Positions 1 through 15,629 of a DNA stretch of 64,000 bases are shown here, one piece after another. Source of the stretch: Eledone cirrhosa. Taxonomy: Eukaryota. How positions within the stretch are numbered: the first letter of the stretch is position 1; every line of letters begins with the position of its first letter. The notes beneath the pieces were generated by a model. That model saw nothing but the letters and a program-made list of their open reading frames with translations. It was not told where the DNA came from and did not search any database. The translations under genes were made by a program, and so were the position numbers. The stretch is from NCBI GenBank assembly GCA_964016885.1, contig OZ024741.1, positions 19,840,001 to 19,904,000 on the forward strand, written 5' to 3'.

Positions 1-626
<626 letters not shown>

Positions 627-627
<1 letters not shown>

Positions 628-1326
628 ACTTTAACTTTGAATAACTTTGAAATGTTTTGGCCAGTATTGGCCCAGGCCATGTCTAACTTAATAGCACCAC
701 CTGGCGAAGTCTTTCAATTCAGGATTTGGGCACCATGGCCCATTCGAGAAGAGAATTACTGTTTGCGGAGACATATCCGGGTGTGGGTGGTTTGTCCGGG
801 ATTACTTGGAGGAATTTGTCCAAAGACTTCTTGAATTTTGTGTGGTCAGTTTCTGTTTTGACGTGTCCTGGTGTGATGTTGAAGAGAGCAGGGCCGATTG
901 AGGTGAAATAATTGTGCCGTATTGTTGTTATGAGTTGCGATTTAGATTTTTGAATGGGACGGATAGCACGGGGCCCAAGCCTTGGGTGTATCTTGAAGGC
1001 GATGCCAACATCATTTGGGCAGTGATGATGGAACATTTTCCACATCATGCAGATAATATAACGCTCACGGCGACGTTGGAGTGAGTAAAGTTTCAGGTTT
1101 TCCAATCGACCCCAGTAGTCAAGGTCTGACATGCCATCTATCTTTTTCGTGATTGCCCTTTGAGGAGCTTCAAGTTTCATGATACTTTGTTTCGTGTGGG
1201 GAGACCACAGTGGACAACAGTATTCAAGGTGTGGTCGGGCGAAAGTAGAGAAGAGAAGGATAATGGTGCGGGAATCTCTCGACTGGAAGGTTCTGAGGAT
1301 CCAGGAACACATTCTGCGGGCCATGT
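627..1326 (-). mobile_element. CR1/L2-group LINE, 5'-truncated (RT C-terminus + 3' UTR)
   Basis: Translation [35 protein letters not shown] is a typical CR1-group ORF2 C-terminus. Short tandem tail (TTCAAAGTTA) at 627-650. Same family at 38160-38550. Confidence 0.85.
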
Positions 1327-1327
1327 C

Positions 1328-1362
<35 letters not shown>

Positions 1363-1367
1363 TATAC

Positions 1368-1398
<31 letters not shown>

Positions 1399-1482
1399 CA
1401 TACATATACACAAACATATACATACATATACATACATAAATATACACACATAAAACACATATACACACAAACATACATATAT

Positions 1483-1543
<61 letters not shown>

Positions 1544-1629
1544 TACACATATACACATATACAAACAAATATATACACATACAAGTAAATAGGTACTCAA
1601 TAAATATACGCATATACGCAGGCACATAA

Positions 1630-2010
1630 AGACACCTCTACAGGCAGAAAATGTAGATACGAAAGAGGTACTCACATGACCATAGTGGTCGTATTTCAGG
1701 TTGAGGAGGGGTGGGGGTAGGGTGGGGAGGAGGTATAGGGGCCAATAGGGGGAGGTCGTTTTTAGCCATCGGGCTTTAACACTGGCTTAAAGTGTTTGAA
1801 TGTTGCAAAGTTCTTGTGCATGCAGTTCGGGCAGTGTTCAGAGAGTTTGTTCAGTAGCGGGCCCTTGGCGAATAAAATTTCGTAGCTCTCTGAAATACAA
1901 AGGTCGCAGCCCTTGTGTCCTCCGTTGTAAGAGCGCGCTTTCTGGAGTATTTTCCAATTAAGCGTGAAGGGGGTGGAGTTCCTTTTGAGGTCCCAAACGT
2001 AGGAGGCGAG
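1630..2010 (-). mobile_element. Penelope-like (Naiad-type) GIY-YIG C-terminal fragment
   Basis: [36 protein letters not shown] matches the C-terminus of the longer PLE ORF at 41.6-42.3 kb. Confidence 0.75.
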
Positions 2011-2022
2011 TGTATAGATGTA

Positions 2023-2071
<49 letters not shown>

Positions 2072-2098
2072 GTGTATATATATATGTATGGATATGTA

Positions 2099-2129
<31 letters not shown>

Positions 2130-2225
2130 GTGCGTGAGAGAGAGAGTGTGTATATATATTTTGTGTGTGGGTGTGTGTATGTGTGTATGCGCGTGTGTGT
2201 ATATATATGTATATGTGTATGTGTA

Positions 2226-2272
<47 letters not shown>

Positions 2273-2283
2273 ATATACATGTA

Positions 2284-2326
<43 letters not shown>

Positions 2327-2536
2327 ATATATGTGTATATGTATGTGTGTGTGTGTATATGCGCGTTATATGTCTGTATATATATTTGTATATTTATGTA
2401 TAGGTCTGTGTATGTATGTGTATGTTTGTATATGTATGGATATATATATATGTGTATATGTGTATTTATATGTATGTATGTGTGTATGTATGTATATATA
2501 TATGTATATATGTATGTATGTATATGTATATATGTA

Positions 2537-2605
<69 letters not shown>

Positions 2606-2674
2606 GTGTGTTTATATGTATGTATATGTGTATATGTATCTATGTATATATATATATATATATGTGTTTATGTG

Positions 2675-2707
<33 letters not shown>

Positions 2708-2824
2708 ATGTGTGTATAAATATTTATACATATGTATACTCGTGTTTGTATGTATGCGTGTGAGTGTATTTACCTGTGTATATATGTATGTGTGTGTGTG
2801 TATGTATGTGTATGTGTGTGTGTA

Positions 2825-2893
<69 letters not shown>

Positions 2894-2918
2894 ATCTGTG
2901 TATATGTATATATGTATG

Positions 2919-2965
<47 letters not shown>

Positions 2966-3141
2966 GTGTATATGTATTGTATATGTATGTATGTATGTGT
3001 GTATGTATGTGCGTGTACATGAATATATATTTATATTTATATATATTTATATATTTTTTATATATGTGTGTGTGTTTTTATGTGTGTATATGTGTTTGTG
3101 TGTGTGTTTATGGTTGCGCATAAGTGTGTGAGTGAGTATGT

Positions 3142-3177
<36 letters not shown>

Positions 3178-3644
3178 TGAATGTGTCTGTTGATTTTTGG
3201 CATATAGTTGATTAGTTTAAGAGAAGTTCGAAGATAATAGTAAGATATGCACTCAGTATTTTGAATCTGTCTGCAGAATTCTCTAGACCTTTGTCACTTA
3301 GTAGAACCTTAATGACTTTAGCTTTTAAAGAATCTCCCTTTTCTTTAATTCTATCGACCATGACTGATCCCCCACTGACTTTATAGACATCTGTTAGCTT
3401 AAGAGAAACTTATTGACAAGGAATGGTATGCCATCCGGAACCTGTTTATAGAATTCTGTCTGCCTTTGTTACTCTAAAAACATAAATAAATATAAATAAA
3501 AATAAAAATAAACTATAGCCTTGTAGAATTAGCTTTTAATGAATTCCCTTTTCTATCAACCAATGACCTGCACCCATCCCACTCCCCACCCTCTCCTACC
3601 ACTTGTAGAGACCTATAAATACCATATTTATTTTTTGATACCCA

Positions 3645-3776
3645 GATTCCTAATGATTTCTAATGAATGAAACAGTTCTAGTCCTGTAGAATCTCTTCTA
3701 TATTAAAACTGTTATACTCTGCCATGTATTGAGTACCTTACTTACTGTGGTTACCTCCGATTCAACCCGGAATAAC

Positions 3777-3778
<2 letters not shown>
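3645..3778 (+). mobile_element. PLE pseudo-LTR remnant with degenerate HHR (CTAATGA) and tail
   Basis: Homologous to 31100-31237 and 7350-7478. Confidence 0.65.
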
Positions 3779-4339
<561 letters not shown>

Positions 4340-4719
4340 ATAAAATAAAAGAATGATTTCTTATGTTTTCATTACGTTTATTGATTGGTTACGCGCGTTT
4401 CACGATTGACCAGCTCAAGGTTCGATCTGTATCAATCTGGCCCGACTCTCACATTACCACAGCAGAGGTCCAACGAGCTTTTGATTCCATAGTTGGGCTA
4501 GATCGATACAGATCGAACCTTTAGCAGATCAATAGCGAAACGCCCGTCACCAAATATATAATATAGCATCGACTATGAATAAACGAAGTTAATTTTAACC
4601 TGTTTACTTAAACTTCATATTTATAAATATACTCTGGAGTAAACAGATCCACATGCGCACTTCATCGAGTGCTCTACCCTGCATACTGAAGTGTCGGTAA
4701 TTAACCAACATATACTCAA

Positions 4720-4722
<3 letters not shown>
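4340..4722 (+). mobile_element. Fold-back PLE pseudo-LTR remnant (two inverted HHR 3' halves + tail)
   Basis: 4385-4446 is inverted relative to 4491-4552. Each arm has a GAAACGC.CGT(A/C) half-core, followed by the shared tail. Confidence 0.6.
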
Positions 4723-4779
<57 letters not shown>

Positions 4780-5177
4780 AACTTGTTACCTAAAGACTCA
4801 TTAGGAAATTTTAAATTTTCTCAAGCCTACTGAAGTAAGCCTGTTGGTTAAATTTCTAGCAACAGGCTTAAACTCTTCTTTAAAAATCTGGTGGCCAGTG
4901 GTTTTTTTAGCATTATGATAAACATATTCACCCACCATCCAAGTGGTGTTCGATTTCTCGCAGACACCTCTCTTAACACCTTCTGTCTTCAGAGATACTT
5001 TTTGAAATATTATTGTGATCTAATATTCCTATGGTTAGCTAGGAAGATCATATTTCATATATATATATATATGTAGGGGAGTGGGGGTGTATTAGGTAAT
5101 TCCGAAGGAAAAGCAAAGGAAAAAAGAGTGCTCTATGCATAGAACAGAGCTTATCATATATTATATATTTTTTATCC

Positions 5178-5260
5178 ATAACAACTCTGTCTGATGACCG
5201 ATCCAGACGTATATTAATATTGTCTGCGATCCAGAAACCTTTGGTAATGGAGTAGTTATA
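5178..5260 (+). ncRNA. Type I hammerhead ribozyme (degenerate)
   Basis: CTGATGA at 5191, GAAAC at 5234, GTA at 5244; flanks ataacaactc/gagtagttat pair imperfectly. Confidence 0.6.
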
Positions 5261-5292
5261 TTTTGTGATGCCACTTTCTAATACATATATAT

Positions 5293-5450
<158 letters not shown>

Positions 5451-5480
5451 GGGTAGAAAAATTGTGTGTGTGTATGTTTG

Positions 5481-5513
<33 letters not shown>

Positions 5514-6149
5514 AAGGTGAATAAACTTGAAACAGGCGATAAAAGAAATGTGCTGGAAGGTTACATACAGCCAAGTGAGAGAAGCACAGTAAATGTTCCA
5601 CGAAGTAGTCGAGTATTAATTACATTGAACATAAAAGAGTATATTAGAAACCTCTGGTATAATCAACAGTATACAACCATCACATTTATCAAATGCTATC
5701 ACCCGGTTATATTTCATTTTATAAAATCTTTAAATGGCTGCCCTTTCCACACGCTCCAAACCATTTATTTAAACAGTTGATTAGTTTCATTGATTTATTT
5801 AATATAAGTAAATGTTCCGTAGTACATAGGTTACAATGTTTTACAGTTAACTCTGGTTTACTTCTAGTGCAGGATTTCCAACTATATTTTAAAGTTTAAT
5901 GATGCCCTTGTAGCTCTATACACACACGTACACACACACACAAACACACACACACAGACACACACACACAGACACACACACATACACATACACAAACACA
6001 CATATATATATATACACACATACACACACACACACATATACATATCCCCCCCCCACACATATACATCCCCCCCCACACACACACACACACAAACATACAT
6101 ATATATATATATAAGACCAGCTTGCAGGATAAAGGAAAACTGCTCACGG

Positions 6150-7070
6150 GAATCTAAGACAATTGTACTACAAAGACAATTATATATGTGAGAGAGTTTA
6201 CACCTACCACACCAAACATGCAGAGAGCAGGGAAAGATATGTGGGAACAGTACGAAATCGTTTTAAACAATGATTCTACTCACATGTAACTTTCTTTAGA
6301 CACCCTGAAATGAAGACCAACACGACCGTGGTGAAACGAATCTGGATGTTAAAAGATAAATGAATACATGCTGGTATAAAATAGATGTTCCTAGAGAAGT
6401 CCAGACTATACATCCATGGAACAAAGCGATGTTCTCTCTATCTCAACAAAATATTCAGGATTTTACATGGTTTGAGCTCATCAAAAAATACCTGATTTCT
6501 AAAAGCGAGGTATGTAATGGCTGCTTACGTCTTAGGAGGCACCAATTCCACTAAAGGAACGACCAGTCATAAAAATAGATATATAGATGTACAGCATCTG
6601 CCATAATTTACACTTTTATGCATGATACTCTTTTCTACATTTCAATCTCTTACGTCTCTAATTATCTTCCATAGCCACACTATCAATTGACTCAATTTCT
6701 TCAACAATAAACCGAACACACACACAGAGAAATATACGCAAAACATCATAATAATTTTCATTTAAACAAGAGTTACTTTCCTTAGCAAACAGATCAACAG
6801 ATTTTCTGGGTTACGGTCCCTTTCCATACGCGAATTTATAACTAGAAATCGTTCAGGCATTTACTCTGTACCTGATAGCCACCCGACTTGCAATTCTGCT
6901 TCGTGTATTCTGTACTACGTGTACAATCTGCAGTCACGGGCCATACCTACGCCTTGAAACCTAAGATAGGGCAATTCATATTACGTGTATCATCATAATA
7001 ATAAAATAGCTCTCTTGCACTAGCAACAGTGCTCTTTTATCTTTACCTTCCAACGGACATTTTTACTACA
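6150..7070 (+). mobile_element. Decayed PLE 3' portion
   Basis: Frameshifted remnants KRCSLYLNK / SKSEVCNGCL resemble the PLE C-terminus, followed by an AT-rich 3' UTR. Confidence 0.45.
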
Positions 7071-7087
7071 CACATACAATATGTATG

Positions 7088-7139
<52 letters not shown>

Positions 7140-7349
7140 AAATGAGGGTTTTTTTTAAATGAAAAAAAAAACGAGATGTCCTACACAAGTGAAAGTACAA
7201 GGAAAAAAGGTGAAATCGAAAATGCAACTGAAGCCTTTTTAAGAATATTTATTTGTTTCCTTTACCGGTTTCACAGTTCTTATGCTTTTCAAACCCTCCA
7301 TCTCAACAGAGTTGAGATGGAGGGTTTGTGGTTTTTCTTTATATATATA

Positions 7350-7475
7350 AGTTTATCCCGGGTTCAATCGGGAGTAACCGCAGTAAGTAAGGTACTCAAA
7401 CCATAGCAGAGTATAAATATTCAGTGCATCCTGATGATTTCTCCCGAATGAAACAGTTATAGTCTTGTAGAAGCC

Positions 7476-7478
<3 letters not shown>
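7350..7478. mobile_element. PLE pseudo-LTR remnant: tail on minus strand + HHR (7431-7475) on plus strand
   Basis: CTGATGA-t-ttc tccc gaa-t-GAAAcag..ttGTA-gaagcc; 7350-7421 is the reverse complement of 31168-31237. Confidence 0.7.
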
Positions 7479-7513
<35 letters not shown>

Positions 7514-7655
7514 CTCTCTCTATATATATATATATTTAGGTATATAAATTTGCATACATATGATTATGTATCTATATATGACTGAAAGTAATATTCAAAT
7601 TTGAACACCCCAATATATGTTAATATATATATATATATCACTCTCTCTATATATA

Positions 7656-7748
<93 letters not shown>

Positions 7749-7830
7749 TAGAAATATATGTATCTGTGTGTTTATATGCATATATATATATATGTATATA
7801 TACACACACAAACACATATATCTCTCCCTA

Positions 7831-7944
<114 letters not shown>

Positions 7945-8165
7945 TACATACAATATATACTCAATTATATAACATACAGCTGTCTTTGATGTCTTATCAC
8001 ATCATTACACAGCAGAGAATGAGTGAAATCGTTTCCTAGATTTAAATTAACATTATTTTTATTTCTACATCGTTTAATATTGCACCAAACGATGAGGGAT
8101 TTTTTATGTTGTATCTCACAGATGGGGAATCTGGTCTTGTTGGGATGCTTTCACATTTGTGTAGG

Positions 8166-8528
<363 letters not shown>

Positions 8529-8529
8529 C

Positions 8530-8850
8530 ATAATTGTTTCTACTTTTGGCACAAGCCCGGGAATTACGCCAGTACATTACTGGTACTTTATTTTATCGAC
8601 CCCGTAAGGATGAAAGGCAAAGTTAACCTCGACGTGATTTGAACTCAGATCGTAAAGGGACGCAACTCTATGCTTCAAAACATGGCGTCCGACCCTCTAC
8701 CGATACTGCCAACTCGCCGAATAATACTGATGCTTTATTTGATCGACCTCGTAAGGTGAAAGGCAACGCTAACCTCAGCGGGATTTTAACTCAGACCTTC
8801 AAGGGCCGTAACTCTATGCCGCAAAGCAGATTGTCCGATGCTCTACCGAT
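8530..8850 (-). mobile_element. tRNA-derived SINE (one full + one partial copy)
   Basis: Minus strand has A box TGGCAGTATCGG, B box GAGTTCAAATC, body GCCTTTCATCCTTACGGGGTCGATAAA (resembles the Meta/Sauria-type central domain, from memory) and an ATT tail. Confidence 0.85.
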
Positions 8851-8852
8851 AT

Positions 8853-11800
8853 TTATTAGCCACAAGGGCCGACATTTAGGAGACAATACAAAGGCAGGAA
8901 CAGTGGGGGTTTACAATAAGGTCGAGTAAAAGTGCACAATGGCAAGACTAATTTAACAATGAAGATATACAAATATAAAATAAACTATACATAAATATAA
9001 CAAAATAAATTACCCTATAGGGGGTGGATGGCCCAGAGGTGACTCAGGTACCCCACCAATCCTGAACCATCCTGCGCTTCTAGGGCACCCAGGGAGAGAA
9101 CCCTTCTCCTCAAGTTAGCTAGCCTATAGGCGCATGGTCAGAGTAGGCCAATTCACACGGGCCATTCTCGCCACATTCATCCACCTTTTAGCAAATGTAC
9201 TGAGGGGGCGGGCAGCACTTCTCTCTCCACCCCCACCTTCCTTTCCAGGTGATACTTGAAGATGTTGATGAGGGATTGGCCGAAGAGAAAAGTGTCTGTC
9301 TTCGGTCCTTTTAATCTGGTCCACCATATAACCTCTTTCGCAACGGCCACCAGACAGAGGAAAATTGCCTGCTCTTCTTGACCTAAGGAAGGCGGCGGGT
9401 CGATCTTCACTATGGACTCGGCCGATAGCCGGATCCGTTCCACACACGACAGTAGCTGTTCGACATAACTCCACAAGTCAGTAATGCACGGACATTGGAC
9501 AAGTGCGTGCAGAACGGTTTCGTCGATCTGTGCGCATCTTGGGCAGGTCCGTCTGACAGCACTTCCGTGCCTGTAGAGTTTATCCCGAACCGGCAGTGCT
9601 CCCCGATAGCACTCCCAAGCGAGGGATTTCTGGAAATTGTCCATCGTCCCCGGCTTGAAAGTCCTCCGGTACAGACTGGTCAGTTCGACTTCGTCGAGGC
9701 CCAAAACTTCTCCGAGTGCGTCATCGTACTTGCCCACTACTAATCCTCTATAGAACTCGAGAGTGGAAGTTCCACTGATCGCATTTCCCGCTTGGTAGAG
9801 GGCAGTGAGTGCCTGGCAACATTCCAGGTGCCAGTCATCCAGTCTCGGTCTCTTCTTGACCTAGGACTGCAGCTCAGTCAAAGAAACGAGCTGTGGAAAG
9901 GCCCGTCTGATATACGGCGACCACACCTGTTCACCATTTAGGCAGAATATCTAGAGATATCGCAGCCTCAGCGGATGTCTGCGCATCATTAGCCACGGCA
10001 TGCCCAGCCCTCCGCGTAGAGAGTGCTGGCAGCAGATGGACCGCCTCACCAACTGAACTTGTCCTTTCAGTGATAGCTTCCTCCCTGCCCATTTTTGGGT
10101 GAGACTGGCTACTCTGCTCGTTACATCGTCCCAATTCTTTTCCACCTGGAGGTCTGGTCCAAACCAAACCCCGAGCAACTTTACCGGTCCGTCCGTCCAG
10201 CGCCCCACGACGCTGTTGGACGGTATAGGCTTGCCTCTCCAGGTTCCGAGCTGCAAGCCCACCGACATTTCCGGGTTAAGTTTGGCTCCTGTCAACCTTT
10301 CATATTCCTTCAATAAGGTGCCGACCACCTCGATTTTTGAGGTGTCCGATACCATCACGGTGATGTCGTCCGCATAATCTGACACCGCCTTTCCATGTCC
10401 CGGTTCGAGTAGGATGCCCTGCAACAGCTCCAGCTTTCGCAGTAAAGGCTCGAGAGCCAATACGTACAGAAGGGAAGAGAGAGGGCAGCCTTGACGGACC
10501 GATTGGGAGAGCCGAAATGGTTCCGAGAGGTGGCCATTAACCTTGACCACCGAGCGTGTGCCGCTGTGCATTGCAGCGATTCAGCTTCTGAAGACAGGGC
10601 CGAAGCCAGCCGCTTTGAGGACAAACTCCAGATACCGACGGTCGACCCTATCGAATGTTTTCGATTGATCTAAATTGATCAGTGCCCCACCGAAGCCAGG
10701 TTTACACCCTACCCTCTCTATTATGTATCGCATGAGGTGGAGATTGTCGTGTATGGACCTGGTTTGGATTGCACAAGTTTGCGCCTCCCCAACCAAATCC
10801 TCGACGACAAGCGTCAATCTCTTTGCTAATACCTTGGCCAAAATCTTAAACGCTGTGTTGAGCAGAGTTATGGGCCTGAAGTTGTCTAATGTATCCCTCT
10901 GGTTCTCGTCTTTGATTATCGTCTTTCCTTATCAGCTAGAGAGTTACTGCCCTTTATGATTTGAGTTCAAATCCCGCCGAGGTTAACTTCTCACAGAACT
11001 AGGAATACTCCCATTCTGCTGCCAGTTGCAGTAGAGTGCTTCGAGGAGATCGGAGAACAAGTCTGGCATATTTACGCAAAGCTCATAGGGCAGGCCATCC
11101 AAACCGGGTGACTTGCGCCTCATGCAGCCGACACGGGCGTCCTGAATTTCGGCTGAAGTAATCGGCCTTTCGCAGCGCTCAGCGTCGACCGTCGAGATGC
11201 GCGGCAAGCCGTCAAGGTAGGGACTGAAATCCGCTACTCTCTCTGACTCGCCACTCTCCCCGAACAACCGAGCAAAGTGCTGGCGAAAGGCCTCACACAT
11301 CCGCTTGGAATCGCTTATCTCGTGTCCGTCTCGGTCCGCCAAAGATCGAATTGTGGTTTTATTACCACGCTGCGCCTCTGCCACGCGGGCCCATCGAACA
11401 GCTTTGGTTCCCTCGTTTCTCAGCGCACGCGCCTTAGCTCTGACAATGCAACCTTCGCGTTTCGCATTGAATGCCATTCTCGCCGCTAGCACGTAAGTTG
11501 CAATGCCACTACAAATAGCCTCGTCTAACTTATCTACCAGCTCCCTCTCCTTTCTATTTTTCTCTAACGCTAGTTCTTTGCTGAACTCTATTGAAGTTAC
11601 TCTAATCTCTCTTTTGAGACCCCCACCCCCACCCCACCACCATCTGTTGTTGATGATCCCCCTGTCAACTTTTGCTTAACTAAATTGTTGACTCGGTCTC
11701 TGTAAGCCTTACGTGCCGGAAATGACATGTTCAGCTTCCAGTAACCCGGTCCCAACCTACGCGTTTTATCTAGGTCGACTAAACAGATCACAAATTTGTG

Positions 11801-12560
11801 ATCTGAATAGGCGACCGTTTTAAAAATTGGGCAGCCTGCACTATTTCTATCTATTTTCCTAATAAAGATCCTGTCTATATACGATCTAGATGACCCTATG
11901 CGGTTGGTCCACGTCCACACTGACGCATTGGGGAAATCTAGTCGATACCTGTCAGACAGTTGGAACTGGCTGATTAGGTGTTTGAGGCTTTTGCACCCCC
12001 CGCTCCTATCAGCTACTCCCACACAATCCCAGCACGCGTCTAAGATGCCGTTCCAGTCCCTCGCTAACAGTAGAGGGCAAGACGTACCCAGAAAGGTTTC
12101 CATGTGCCTAAAGAAGTCCGGTCGTCCGGCCCCAGTAGGGGCGTAGACGGACAGCAGTCTAAAGGCCCCACCTTCGCTACTGCTCACATCCAGGACCACC
12201 AAATTACCGTCCGGGTCCCAGAAGATTGACCTTACCTCGAGATCCAGACCTTTCCTAAACAGAATTGCCACCACACCTCCCATTCCCGGCCTGCTAACAG
12301 ATGCGAAGATCTGATATTCGTCGAAATTGGGGGCTAGTGTGCGCGTGTTGGAAATCCTGGTCTCGCTGACGGCAATCACATCCATTTCCAGAGACCTGAG
12401 GTCGTTGAGCAGGCGACCCTGCTTCCAGGGTGACCCCAGGCCGCAAACATTTAAACTTCCTACTCTTAATACGGCCATGTTGGCAAGCTAAAAGAGAGAG
12501 GGAAGGTTTACTTACCTCCCGGGGTCTTGTGAAGGTCGGGTGGTTCGACCTCCATGGTTG
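8853..12560 (-). mobile_element. Tx1/L1-clade LINE, decayed ORF2 (APE endonuclease-RT-Cys domain) + 3' UTR
   Basis: ORF pieces 11597-12478 (GSLNVCG..SETR..SDHK), 10983-11492, 10581-10841, 9951-10571 (QGCPLS, YADD) and 9177-9737 (CPRC..ETVLHALVQC) are colinear with 58731-62133. A SINE fragment sits at ~10940-10988. Confidence 0.92.
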
Positions 12561-12589
12561 GTGGAGTTTCTTTTGGGAACCCCTTTAAA

Positions 12590-13640
12590 AGTCTACTCAA
12601 CAAAACAAAACATGTCTACAAAATAGACACCAAAACAATAAATCACTTGTTTTATATGGATGAGTTGACGCTGTATGATAGAAATGACAATAAATTGGAA
12701 GGACTACCGAAGACAGTCGGTGTTGGTGTGGGGATGGAGTTTGGATTGGAAAAATACGCCAAAGCAACATTCAAGAAAGGCAGAATGACAAGCACAAACT
12801 CAATGGAAATTGATGTGAATGCAGTAATTATGGAACTAGAACAAGGACAAGCCTTCAGATATCTAGGGATCAATGAAGGCCAAGGTATTCACGACGCCAG
12901 CATGAAAGAGAGAATCAGGAAGGAATGCTACGGGAGAGTACGTGCTGTCTTGAAAACTGAGGTTAACTCGAGAAATAAATTATCTGCTATAAATGCGCTT
13001 GCAATCCCTGTTGTCATCAACAGTTTCTATATTATAAATTGGAATGTTAACGAAATTAAGAGAATAGAAACCAAAACCAGGAAACCTTTGACCTGTAATA
13101 GAATACATCACCCAACAGAAGATGTGGATCGCCTCTATCTCCCTAGTCAAAATGGAGGTAAAGGAATAACCAGCTACAGCTTTTATACAGTATATCGACC
13201 ATTGGACTCAATCAGTACCTTAAAACCACAGATGACTGGATGATGAAAATGGTCCCAGTTCACGAAGGGAGGAAGAGGTTACAAAGGAAAGTAGGAAGTT
13301 TGTGGAAGAACTGAGAATACAGTTTGAAAACAATAATGGTGATTCTGCAATTAAAGCCGCACAGAATATTAGAATGTTGGCAAAATATGAAGGTCAACAG
13401 AGACTGTGCACTAAATGGGAGCAAACACCACTGCATGGGCAGTATGTTCTCCGTAGCAAAGAACCTGAGGTAGGTCAAGCTCTCGCTATCAGTGGCTGTG
13501 GAGTTCTGGGCTAAAGACAGAGAGTGAAGGTGTCATTTTGGCTGCACAGGACCAATGTCTCCCAATTCACAACTTTCAAACCATTCTGATCAGAAATGGA
13601 ACTGACCAAAAATTTCGATTTTGTGATGATGCATAAGCCG
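12590..13640 (+). mobile_element. R4/Dong-like (RLE-type) non-LTR retrotransposon RT fragment
   Basis: INHLFYMDEL..GMEFGLEK..RYLG..AINALAIPV..HHP..DVDRLYLP..GGKG; W..PLHGQY downstream. Confidence 0.8.
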
Positions 13641-14982
13641 GGGAAAGTAATAATGGGGGGAGGGAATAGGTGGGGAGGTTGGCAAATCAGCAATTTTTCT
13701 TGGTTGTCTCCGTGGATTTAAAAAAAAACAGAATTAGTCATTTAGTTTATATATTGAGACCCCAACCCATTCTATTTAATTATAACATAGGATTTCTAGT
13801 AATGTACTATTATTGTCGTGTATAATGTCTTTTAATGTCTAAAGAAAATTAATTGTCGCATGAATGCTACTACTTAAAATAAAATGTCACCTGAGGTAGA
13901 TTATCAATATTTAATAAGCGGGGGGAGGGGGCTGAAAAATGAATGAGAGGGGGTGGGGGAGACTATTTGAGACCCAAGCGTATTGACAATTTTTCCACAC
14001 ATATATGGTTTATGTGAGGGAAATTGATGACGAACTGTTGTCTCTCGAAACTTAGACAGTTGCAATACTGTTTTCTCATCTAATATGGAGGATGCGGAAA
14101 TTTCTGAAAATATGTAATAGTGATCTGTTCAGTAATATGTGTGTGAGGGTGGGGGTAGGAGTATGGCGTGTGAGTGTTTATATATATATAAATTAAGTAA
14201 TTTAATATCTGTAGAGGATTTGTAATTGTGCAAATTAATGATTGCATAAATGTATTTATATTCATATTTAATATCCATGTTTTCAGGATGTAACATGAAG
14301 ATGAATCATGAACGAATATATGTGCTTAATTCACTCAATCAAAATGGCTGCTCGCCAGACGACAGTCAGTTGTGTTAATATATGGATAATTTTGAAAAAA
14401 ATCAATATCGTTCGACAACTTCCAATTTTCTCAGGAAATTTCATGAAGAAATGTAATAGAACCTTCTGTATTGCTGTTGTTATGTTGTTCGTAATGGAAA
14501 GGCAATTATTTTGCTGCAATATGAAAATAAAATAGGAGAAAATATTTTAATAATGCCGTTCATGAAGTATTAATATTGCGTTACTGAGTTTCATAATTAT
14601 GGTCTGAGGCATGCTCATACAATGCACAGAAACACGCACGTATATAACGATACATATATACGTGCATACACGTACGCAAATTTATATACATACAAGAATG
14701 CATGCTTATATATATATATATATTTACATTTATATTTACATTTATATATACATATGTATATATGTCTGTGTGTATGTGTGTGTCCTATATATATATAAAC
14801 ATTATTAAGTCCGCTCTGGGTGAATTTATTATACATAAACATACTGTGTATGTTTTTATATATGCCTCTATTCTACATCACGCTGTGTTAGTGCTAATAC
14901 TAATCTCTATCTCTCCCTCTCCCTATATATATATATATACATGCACACATACAGACACACAAACACACAAACACACACACAC

Positions 14983-15020
<38 letters not shown>

Positions 15021-15421
15021 ATAAATATAGGGGCACACAACCAGGCACATATTATATGTATATGTATGTGTGAATGTATTTCTAACATCCTGTTAATTAA
15101 TGCTGAACCATCTAGAGTGTCTCTTTCTAACAGGAAGTCTATGGTATACAAATAAATAAATTCTGCTCAGTATGTTGCCACAGATGCATAATTAGGCGCT
15201 AATGCACTGATGCATTGGTGCACACGTGCCGAAAAGTATATATTGAAGGTTAAAATTCCCACTGCAGCGCTATATAACTGATTATTACGTGAAAGTGTTA
15301 CATATTGCAGGTTGCTGTTATATTATACAATAATGCAGCTTTCTAGAATGTAGTGAAGAGTGTTGTACATATTACTGGCAATTCTATTGCCATTCGGAAC
15401 ATATCATAGACGCCTTTGTCT

Positions 15422-15624
15422 AACGAAAGTTAGTTCATAGGCTGACTATGAAGGAATCATGCTAGAGCTGTGAAATCTTGCATGCATTAATTTCTTCTTA
15501 TCAATAACTGCATTCTTTCCTTCTAAGGACTACGTTGAAAAATAAACCTCAATTTCATAGCTCTAACATAACTCCTTCAAAGATTCATAGTCAGCCTTTG
15601 AAGTTTTCAGCACACCCTCCTATA
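15422..15624. mobile_element. Mariner-derived MITE
   Basis: Inverted ends (ggctgactatgaa..gctagagctgtgaaat / atttcatagctctaac..ttcatagtcagcc), homologous to the start of 19677-20132. Confidence 0.6.
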
Positions 15625-15629
15625 TATAT

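Noticed and set aside
1160-3131. Long ORFs rich in YI/CV/HT repeats (also at 25, 37-40, 45 and 49 kb)
   Set aside because: Translations of dinucleotide microsatellites, which lack stop codons; no domain content.
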